The notes beneath the pieces were generated by a model that saw only the letters and a program-made list of their open reading frames with translations, did no database searches and was not told the origin of the DNA. Shown here piece after piece: positions 57,341-64,000 of a stretch of DNA of 64,000 nt. The stretch is taken from positions 1,128 to 65,127 of the forward strand of contig JAHFBF010000007.1 in NCBI GenBank assembly GCA_023250195.1. The letters run 5' to 3'. Every line of letters starts with the position of its first letter. The stretch's first letter is position 1. Both the position numbers and the translations under genes were made by a program. The DNA comes from Candidatus Melainabacteria bacterium. Its GTDB lineage: Bacteria; Cyanobacteriota; Vampirovibrionia; 2-02-FULL-35-15.

Positions 57341-58111
57341 GATTTCAAACAATATAACGCCAAACGCTACCGATACATTTAATGAATCAACTTTATCACT
57401 AATAGGAATCTTTGCCAGAAAATCACAGTTCTTTTTTATAAGTTCTCCAAGTCCTTCATGTTCGTTGCCTACTATAATCGCAACTTGCTCCGGAAAATCA
57501 ATTTCATAGACAGATTTAGAAGTTTCTGAATTGGCTGTTCCAACTATCCAAAAATTATTTTTTTTCAACTCATTGATTACATTTATACAATTTGTAACCC
57601 TTGCAAAGTTGGCATGAAACAGGGCTCCAGCACTGGTTTTTATAGTAGTTGCGTTAATGCCGATATTTTTTCTTCCAGTTAAAATCACCCCATTCCCTTT
57701 ACCCGCTATAAATGTTCTGATCATTGCGCCAATATTATGCGCATCTTCAATTTCATGTGCTACGAGAATAATTTTTGATGAACTTACTGATTCATGAATG
57801 ACTTCACTTACAGATTTATACTTAATAGGAGATATACTTAAAACCATTCCCTGATGATTTTTGGTTTTTGTTAAAGAAAATATTTTTTCTTCCGGAACCA
57901 TATAAAAAGGGATTCTCTTTTCTTTAGCATAAGAAATAACTCTTTGTTTTATATCATTGTCTTTAAGAGTTTCGCTCAGCCATATTTTGTTAACCTGAAG
58001 AGAAGAGTTTTCAATTACTTCAAGGACAGGATTTTTTCCAAACACTAACTCGTGGTTCGTGACTTGTAAATCATGAGCCATAGGATTATTGTTTTCCTTT
58101 CTTTTCATCAT
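57320..58111 (-). CDS. rlmB: 23S rRNA (G2251-2'-O)-methyltransferase, TrmH family
   Basis: FGKNPV, HQG, DAHNIGAMIRT, GNEHEG and SLNVSVA motifs. Confidence 0.9.
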   Translation of the reverse strand: MMKRKENNNPMAHDLQVTNHELVFGKNPVLEVIENSSLQVNKIWLSETLKDNDIKQRVISYAKEKRIPFYMVPEEKIFSLTKTKNHQGMVLSISPIKYKSVSEVIHESVSSSKIILVAHEIEDAHNIGAMIRTFIAGKGNGVILTGRKNIGINATTIKTSAGALFHANFARVTNCINVINELKKNNFWIVGTANSETSKSVYEIDFPEQVAIIVGNEHEGLGELIKKNCDFLAKIPISDKVDSLNVSVAFGVILFEILRQRIS

Positions 58112-58117
58112 GAAAGT

Positions 58118-60499
58118 TTAAAGTCCATTTTCGTTTTCATCATCAGAATTTTCATCTTGTGAATCGTCTTGTGAATCTTCCTCTGACTCTATTCTTAAAA
58201 ATCTTGAGTCTTTCCTTCTCCTGATCTCTGCCCTGCTTTCAGGTCTCTTCTGTTCTATTCCCTGCATTCTGTCTCTTTCTTCAGCAGGAGTCGGTGGTTC
58301 ATCAATCAAATCTCCCTGTTTTTGTGAATCCGGGTTTAATTCAATAACTTCTCCATCATTTGCAAATCCTTCTCTGTTGTTTTTTTCACCACGTTCTCCC
58401 AAATCATCATTTGTTTCAATTTTATTCTGATCGGTAATTTCTTTTTTATGCTCTTTGTCGTCATCCAGCTTAAACTCTTTTTCTAAAAATTTATTTTTAT
58501 TTAGAAATGGTCCATATAAAAATCTTACCAATGGTCTGAATCTTGCAGCCCCGGGAGGCACAGGAGCATATTCCTCAGGTTCAGTACCAGGCACAAATAA
58601 TTTTTTTACAGGGTTTGAAGTATATTGCGTGGCTAAAAGTCCTGTAAGAGGATCTATAAGAACTATTTTCATATTTACTTCATTAGAGAATTTCCCGGGA
58701 ATAACCTCTTTGTCTTCATAATATGCTTCACAAAATCTTTTCCATACCTTTGCAACAATTGCACCACCGGTTACCCATTTACTGTTTATGGCTGTATTGT
58801 GATCGTTGCCACCCCATATTGCTACAGAAAGATCTGGAGTAAACCCAATAAACCATACATCCCTTGATTTGTCTGATGTACCGGTTTTACCTGCCACAGG
58901 CCTGTCCTTAAGTTTTGCTAGTGTTCCCGTTCCTCTTTTCACTACATCCTCCAGCACACTAACCAGAGTAGCTGCAGCATAAGCAGATACAACCCTCTGC
59001 GGAACAGGTATATTTTTTTCAATTATCCTTTTCTTTGGATCTTCAATTTTTCTAATTAATATTGGCTTTATGTAAATGCCACCTCTTGCAAACGTAGCAT
59101 AGCTACTAGCAGCCTCAAGAGGTGTAATTGCAGCACTTCCTAATGCAAGTGAGAGATGAGGTTCAAGCACAGTTTCAATACCACATGCCTTGGCAGTTTC
59201 TATAATTTTTTCAATTCCAACTTTATAAGCTACTTTTACTGCAGGTAGATTCCTGGAAAATGTTAATGCATCTCTCACAGTAAGAGTACCCCAGAATTGT
59301 CCATCAAAGTTTTTTGGAGTCCATGTCATTCCAGTTCCGTCTACAATTTCAAACTTTGAATCTTTAATTGTTGTTTCAAGATCAATTACTCCCTGTTCAA
59401 ACGCAGTCAGGTAAACAAATGGTTTAAATGCCGAACCAATTGTGTGAGGATTTGTAGCTCTGTTCCACTGATTTTTCCAGAAATCACCAACACCGCCTAC
59501 AAGTGCTCTAATCTGTGAAGTCTTTACATCAATTGCAACAAGTGCATACTGCGTTACCCCGCTTGGAGCAGTTTTTATTTCATCATTTAAAATCTTTTCT
59601 GCTTTTTCCTGTGCTTCAGGATCCAAACTCGTAAAAACTTTATATCCCTTTTCTTTTAATTGTTCAACATTAAATCTAGTTTTCAACTCTTCAAAGACAT
59701 AGGAAAAATAATATGGGTACAATTCAAATTGTCCTGGAGAAGAGGAAAAAATTAGTTTCTCATTTATTGCTATTTTATATTGTTTCTGGGTTATATAACC
59801 AAATTCAAGCATTTTCTGAAGAACAAGTTTTTTTCTTTCTCCACCTGCTTTCTTGTTCATGGAAAGTGCACTTGGAGCTTTAAGTAGTCCTGCCAGGTAT
59901 GCAGCTTCTCCTAAAGTTAATTGAGTAACTTTTTTATTAAAATATCTTTGAGCAGCTCTCTGGGCACCGTATGCACGATTTCCCCAAAACACCTGATTTA
60001 AATATAGTCCCAGTATTTTATCCTTATTTAATTTTCTCTCCATTTCCAACGCAAGTAAAAGTTCTTTAAACTTACGTCCAAAAGTTCTCCCTCTTTCCTT
60101 TTCTGGAATTAAAAGATTTTTTACAAGTTGCTGTGTAAGAGTGCTGCCACCTTCAACTACTCTTCCAGCCTGAAGATTTACAAAAAATGCTCTTATAATT
60201 GCAACAGGATCTACACCAATATGTTCATAAAAATTTTTATCCTCTATTGCAAGTACTGCTCTTTTCAAAAATGGAGAGATTTCACTTAAAGGAACAACCT
60301 GCCTGTCTTCTTCTCCCTGTAAAAAGCCAACAAAATTATCTCTATAGTCAAAAAGCTCAATTGAGCTAATTGGTTCATATTCAGTCAGATTGTCAATTGG
60401 AGGAAATCCAAGAAATCTATTTATTGAAGGCAGGAAGATATAGCTGCCAAGAAAGACAGTTACTATAAATGGAAGGAGAAAAATATATTTATTCTGCAT
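58118..60499 (-). CDS. Class A penicillin-binding protein (PBP1A family)
   Basis: EDKNFYEH.G, GGSTLTQQL, RKFKE, GSAFKP, SRN and KTG motifs. Start adjusted to 60499. Confidence 0.95.
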   Translation of the reverse strand: MQNKYIFLLPFIVTVFLGSYIFLPSINRFLGFPPIDNLTEYEPISSIELFDYRDNFVGFLQGEEDRQVVPLSEISPFLKRAVLAIEDKNFYEHIGVDPVAIIRAFFVNLQAGRVVEGGSTLTQQLVKNLLIPEKERGRTFGRKFKELLLALEMERKLNKDKILGLYLNQVFWGNRAYGAQRAAQRYFNKKVTQLTLGEAAYLAGLLKAPSALSMNKKAGGERKKLVLQKMLEFGYITQKQYKIAINEKLIFSSSPGQFELYPYYFSYVFEELKTRFNVEQLKEKGYKVFTSLDPEAQEKAEKILNDEIKTAPSGVTQYALVAIDVKTSQIRALVGGVGDFWKNQWNRATNPHTIGSAFKPFVYLTAFEQGVIDLETTIKDSKFEIVDGTGMTWTPKNFDGQFWGTLTVRDALTFSRNLPAVKVAYKVGIEKIIETAKACGIETVLEPHLSLALGSAAITPLEAASSYATFARGGIYIKPILIRKIEDPKKRIIEKNIPVPQRVVSAYAAATLVSVLEDVVKRGTGTLAKLKDRPVAGKTGTSDKSRDVWFIGFTPDLSVAIWGGNDHNTAINSKWVTGGAIVAKVWKRFCEAYYEDKEVIPGKFSNEVNMKIVLIDPLTGLLATQYTSNPVKKLFVPGTEPEEYAPVPPGAARFRPLVRFLYGPFLNKNKFLEKEFKLDDDKEHKKEITDQNKIETNDDLGERGEKNNREGFANDGEVIELNPDSQKQGDLIDEPPTPAEERDRMQGIEQKRPESRAEIRRRKDSRFLRIESEEDSQDDSQDENSDDENENGL

Positions 60500-60500
60500 C

Positions 60501-60581
60501 TTTTTATATAGCTCCAGGCAAGCTGCCACCTTTAGCGAGCCTCGCCTTCGGTGAGGAGCTTCCTTCGGTCAATTCCTTTTC
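60501..60581 (-). repeat. Start-proximal repeat before PBP1A, related to the gmk leader
   Basis: GAAAAGGAATTGACCGAAGG...CAGCTTGCCTGGAGCTATATAAAAA versus gmk GAAAGGGATTGATCGAGGG...CAGCTTGTCTGGAGCTATATAAAAA. Confidence 0.75.
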
Positions 60582-60583
60582 AA

Positions 60584-60624
60584 AATAAAAAGCCAGCACC
60601 TAAAATAAGCACTGGCTTTTTATT
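60584..60624 (-). terminator. Rho-independent terminator after 60651-61121
   Basis: AAAAAGCCAG...CTGGCTTTTT stem followed by a U tract. Confidence 0.7.
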
Positions 60625-60650
60625 ATATCGTTCACTTGAAAAAAGTGCTT

Positions 60651-61121
60651 TTAGCTTGAGAAAGCTTTTGCAGCACCGTTTGCAGTCCACTCTATTGCAT
60701 CAGGAATACCCTGTAAAGCAGAATGTAAGGATTCACACTTGAATGGTTTTTCCCAACCAGTTACAAAACCTTTTCCACCCCAGAGAAGTCCGCCTACTGC
60801 GCCATGTACTGCTGCGCCAGGAGGTGCTCCAACTACCCAACCAACGAGAGTTTCAGTAGTTCCTTTTTTATCACCAAGTGCATCTGCAACAGCCTCTGCC
60901 CCTTTTGAAGCGCCACGAACTAAACCAGATGTTGTACCAACAAGAACTCCTGTTACAGTGCTAAGTGCAGCACCAACTAATTTGAATGGTAAACCAACTG
61001 TCCATCCAATAATTGGATTCACTTTTTTGCAACCTGAGCTTGCTTCATCTGCAAAAGCAATTGTTGGCATTAAAACTGAAATAACCAACGCAAGTGCAAG
61101 TAATTTTGATTTTTTTGACAT
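60651..61121 (-). CDS. Exported glycine-rich hypothetical protein
   Basis: Signal peptide (AFA cleavage), GGAG SD and a downstream terminator. Confidence 0.7.
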   Translation of the reverse strand: MSKKSKLLALALVISVLMPTIAFADEASSGCKKVNPIIGWTVGLPFKLVGAALSTVTGVLVGTTSGLVRGASKGAEAVADALGDKKGTTETLVGWVVGAPPGAAVHGAVGGLLWGGKGFVTGWEKPFKCESLHSALQGIPDAIEWTANGAAKAFSS

Positions 61122-61375
61122 TCTTTTTTTGCTCCTTATTCTAAATAATCTAGCCCTAAGTTGTTTATTAAATCAAGTTGAGCAAGTCTTGAACACCTTA
61201 TATTATGTATTTTTTACAAAATGTATGAGTATCTGGTCCTATAAAGTTCTAAAAATCTAACTTTGCTAATTTAATCTCTTACTTAGGGGAATAAATAGCA
61301 TTACATATTTTTATTAATTGGCTTTTTTGCCTGGTTTTTGAAAAACCCCTAAATCTATGCTAAACAAATATAACA

Positions 61376-62458
61376 ATGAATCCCTATAAACAATTTTTCT
61401 GTATATTTACTCTGATTTTTATATTTACTTTAGATTTTTCTTGGAATAAAGTTTTTTCACAAAACTCTTCGCCGGTTTTAAAAGGTGGGATTACTACCGT
61501 AATCCAAAAAGGTGAAGTTATAAATGTGAATTTAAATACACCGATCAATTTTTACTTCAGTCAGATTGGTGATAAGGTTGCCTTTTTTACAAATGAAGAT
61601 ACTGCCATTGGAGAGAATTCCTACATCCCAAAAGGAAGCAGAATTGAAGGAATAATTACAAATATAAAAGAACCAAAAGGATTTGGACAAAACGGATCTT
61701 TTGAAGTAAGTTTTAATGAAATTATTACACCAGAAAATATTTTTATTCCAATATCAGCCACAGCCAGTACTGACATTCAAAAAGCAAGTGCAAAAACTGC
61801 AGAAATTTTAAGTTATGATGCAGCATTGATTGCGTATGGAACTTTCCATGGATTTATAGCCGGGGTTCAATACGGAGGAATACCGCTTGCCATTTCAAGT
61901 CATGGAATTAGCTTATTAGCCGGGGCAGGTATAGGAGCAGGGGCAGGAATAATAGGTTCTGCAATTAGAAAAGGTAAAATACCAACTACTATTACAGGAA
62001 GCAGGACTCCTCTAATACTAAAAAGCGATTTGTTTATTTTAGGAGAACTCCCAAAGAAAGGAGATCAGAGATCAGAAATCAGAAATCAGAGAGAAGAATT
62101 TAAAGGTTTTAGATTTTTCCCGCAGCCAGGTAAAGATGAAATAGAACTTTCAATCCTTAAGATAAGAAAAAATAATAATAAAACTTTTGGAGATTACTTC
62201 ATTCTTGAAATCAGGATTAAAAATGATTCACAAAAAACAATTAATTTAACAGATGTAGTCCTAACGAAAAACAAAGATTCAAATTTGTTGCATGCTGATT
62301 TATTTTTAACAGGGATAAAAGCTCTTCAATCAATTAAACCATTCGAAGAATTAAGTACTTCATTAGCATTTGCAACTGAAGAAGAAATTGAAGATTATTC
62401 AATAACAATAATTGATCCCTTGGATGGGAATGAAATTATAACGATACCGTTAAAGTAG
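61376..62458 (+). CDS. Exported protein with TrbI/VirB10-like domain, glycine zipper and C-terminal Ig-like domain
   Basis: LKGG, IPKGSRIEGII, FEVSFNEI and GAGIGAGAG motifs; in-frame heptamer linker. Confidence 0.65.
   Translation: MNPYKQFFCIFTLIFIFTLDFSWNKVFSQNSSPVLKGGITTVIQKGEVINVNLNTPINFYFSQIGDKVAFFTNEDTAIGENSYIPKGSRIEGIITNIKEPKGFGQNGSFEVSFNEIITPENIFIPISATASTDIQKASAKTAEILSYDAALIAYGTFHGFIAGVQYGGIPLAISSHGISLLAGAGIGAGAGIIGSAIRKGKIPTTITGSRTPLILKSDLFILGELPKKGDQRSEIRNQREEFKGFRFFPQPGKDEIELSILKIRKNNNKTFGDYFILEIRIKNDSQKTINLTDVVLTKNKDSNLLHADLFLTGIKALQSIKPFEELSTSLAFATEEEIEDYSITIIDPLDGNEIITIPLK
62063..62090. repeat. (RATCAGA)x4 heptamer array in a coding linker
   Basis: Read as DQRSEIRNQR. Confidence 0.75.
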
Positions 62459-62482
62459 GTACGTAGCGTGCTACGTACCTAG
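62455..62482. repeat. GTAG palindrome supplying the stop codon of 61376-62458
   Basis: GTAGGTACGTAGCGTGCTACGTACCTAG, near-identical to 24183-24210. Confidence 0.9.
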
Positions 62483-62511
62483 TGGCATTGTTCCTGTTAT
62501 AATATTTGATT

Positions 62512-63489
62512 ATGTCAGAACAAACACTGGAGAAAAAAATGGCTTTTAAAGAAGGAATAGATCTGGATTCAATTGCTTATTTCAATGAACGGTTTGTCCC
62601 TCTCCGTGAAGCAACTATAAATATCATGACCCATGCATTTCAATATGGCACAGGGATCTTTGAAGGTATTCGTAGTTACTGGAATGAAAATGAAAAGCAA
62701 ATGTACATCTTTCGCATGAAAGAACACTATGAAAGACTAAGTAACAATGCAAAGCTATTAAGGCTTGAATTAAATAAATCCATAGATGAGCTCTGCCAAT
62801 TAACACTAGAATTAATGAAAAAAAATAACCCGACCTGTGATATGTACATAAGACCTAATCTTTATAAGTCTGGAATTATTGTAGGACCTTCTCTTATTAA
62901 TAAAAATGGGTCCAATCCAACCGGTCTTTCAATCTGTACTATGCCAATGGGAGAATATGTAGACATTTCAAAAGGGCTTCATGTATGTGTTAGTAGTTGG
63001 ACACGGGTGGAAGACAATGCAATTCCCGCCCGCGGAAAAATTCAGGGGAGTTATGTAAACACTGCTTTTGCAAAGACAGATGCCTTGCTTAATGGTTTTG
63101 ATGACTCAATAGTTTTGTCACGTGATGGTCATGTCTCCGAAGGCAGTGCAATGAATCTTTTCATAATACGAAATGGAAAGCTTATTACTACTCAGGTAGC
63201 AGACAATATTCTGGAAGGAATTACCAGAGATACAATAATTGAACTTGCAAAGAAGGAATTAAACCTTGAAACAGAAATCAGGCAGGTTGACAGAACCGAG
63301 CTATATATCTGTGACGAAGTATTTTTCTGTGGAACCGGGGCACAGGTAAGTCCGGTAACCATGATTGATCACAGACCAATCGGCACTGGAAAAGTTGGGC
63401 AACTCAGTAAACAGCTTCAGGAAATTTATTTTGACGTGGTTAAAGGAAAAAATTCAAAGTATAAGAAATGGTGTGCTCCTGTTTTTTAA
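62512..63489 (+). CDS. ilvE: Branched-chain amino acid aminotransferase
   Basis: HAFQYGTGIFEGIR, EGSAMNLF, LEGITR and FFCGT motifs. Confidence 0.95.
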   Translation: MSEQTLEKKMAFKEGIDLDSIAYFNERFVPLREATINIMTHAFQYGTGIFEGIRSYWNENEKQMYIFRMKEHYERLSNNAKLLRLELNKSIDELCQLTLELMKKNNPTCDMYIRPNLYKSGIIVGPSLINKNGSNPTGLSICTMPMGEYVDISKGLHVCVSSWTRVEDNAIPARGKIQGSYVNTAFAKTDALLNGFDDSIVLSRDGHVSEGSAMNLFIIRNGKLITTQVADNILEGITRDTIIELAKKELNLETEIRQVDRTELYICDEVFFCGTGAQVSPVTMIDHRPIGTGKVGQLSKQLQEIYFDVVKGKNSKYKKWCAPVF

Positions 63490-64000
63490 ACAGCTTGCTT
63501 TAGTTTCCATTGCAGGTGTCTTGCAAATATTTTTTCAACAAATGGTATTAATCTGGGAAAGTCATTCCTCTTTATTCTTGCTTGCTTACCTAGAATAAGA
63601 GCAACAATTTCTGCCATAGCTTCTCTGCGACCTAATCCTGAAGCTGTAATGTCAATCACACCTTTTGCACCAGAAAGATTTGCTCCAGTAATAAATTGAC
63701 TTAATTGTTTTTTTTGTAAAGGATTCATTTCTTTTACATCTTTAGCATGCAATTTTCTGAAAGTACGTAAGTTAGAAACAACCGGCGCTGAAATTTGCTT
63801 GCTATATCCCCCTGGAGGCTTAGTCTTTCCTAGAATTGTTAAATATTCTTTTAAGTCTTTTGCCCTATCAAGTTTTCGTATAAATCTAAAATAGTATAGA
63901 GCCCTATCCAGAGCATGTCCCCCTTCATGCAATACTGCTAACTTATAAAATGCCCTTAAACTAAATTTTTTAAATGTTGCATTAGTATTATGAGTTGCTA
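63486..64000 (-). CDS. Partial (5' end outside the window) HExxH zincin-like protein, lethal-factor/M34-like
   Basis: Frame stays open to the window end; AVLHEGGHALD and downstream REAMAE. Confidence 0.6.
   Translation of the reverse strand, partial: ATHNTNATFKKFSLRAFYKLAVLHEGGHALDRALYYFRFIRKLDRAKDLKEYLTILGKTKPPGGYSKQISAPVVSNLRTFRKLHAKDVKEMNPLQKKQLSQFITGANLSGAKGVIDITASGLGRREAMAEIVALILGKQARIKRNDFPRLIPFVEKIFARHLQWKLKQAV

Noticed and set aside
60739-61260. 173 aa plus-strand ORF
   Set aside because: It is an antisense shadow of 60651-61121, which has an SD, a signal peptide and a terminator.

Overview
AT-rich bacterial chromosomal window, most consistent with a non-photosynthetic cyanobacterial relative (Melainabacteria/Vampirovibrionia). 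This assignment is an inference from the cyanobacterial-style ndhC-K-J-H genes, TrbI-like exported proteins and the absence of photosynthesis genes. The backbone is housekeeping: queA, 2x panE, mlaD, sat, trpC, tatC, proB, exbD/exbB/tonB, purQ, thrC, coaBC-rpoZ-gmk, ndhCKJH, a purC-purS fusion, hemA-hemC-cobA/hemD-hemB, uvrB, lipA, rlmB, PBP1A and ilvE. A c-di-GMP-I riboswitch precedes a subtilase. I found no tRNA, rRNA, CRISPR array, integrase or transposase. Four non-routine layers stand out. (1) At two loci (queA and purS) the 3' end of a housekeeping gene is duplicated near-identically, and each copy precedes one of two highly diverged orphan paralogues, which suggests integrase-free stacking of variable gene cassettes on housekeeping 3' ends. 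(2) About 17 GTAG...CTAC 25-31 bp palindromes (REP-like) occur, most of them translated in-frame inside essential enzymes or supplying stop codons; CGTC-type elements and heptamer arrays are also present. (3) A covarying bulged-U hairpin recurs in three unrelated 5' leaders, and a second start-proximal repeat precedes four genes. (4) A dispersed set of orphan proteins without signal peptides (EreA/ChaN-like, HExxH zincins, DUF4046-like repeat proteins) looks effector-like.
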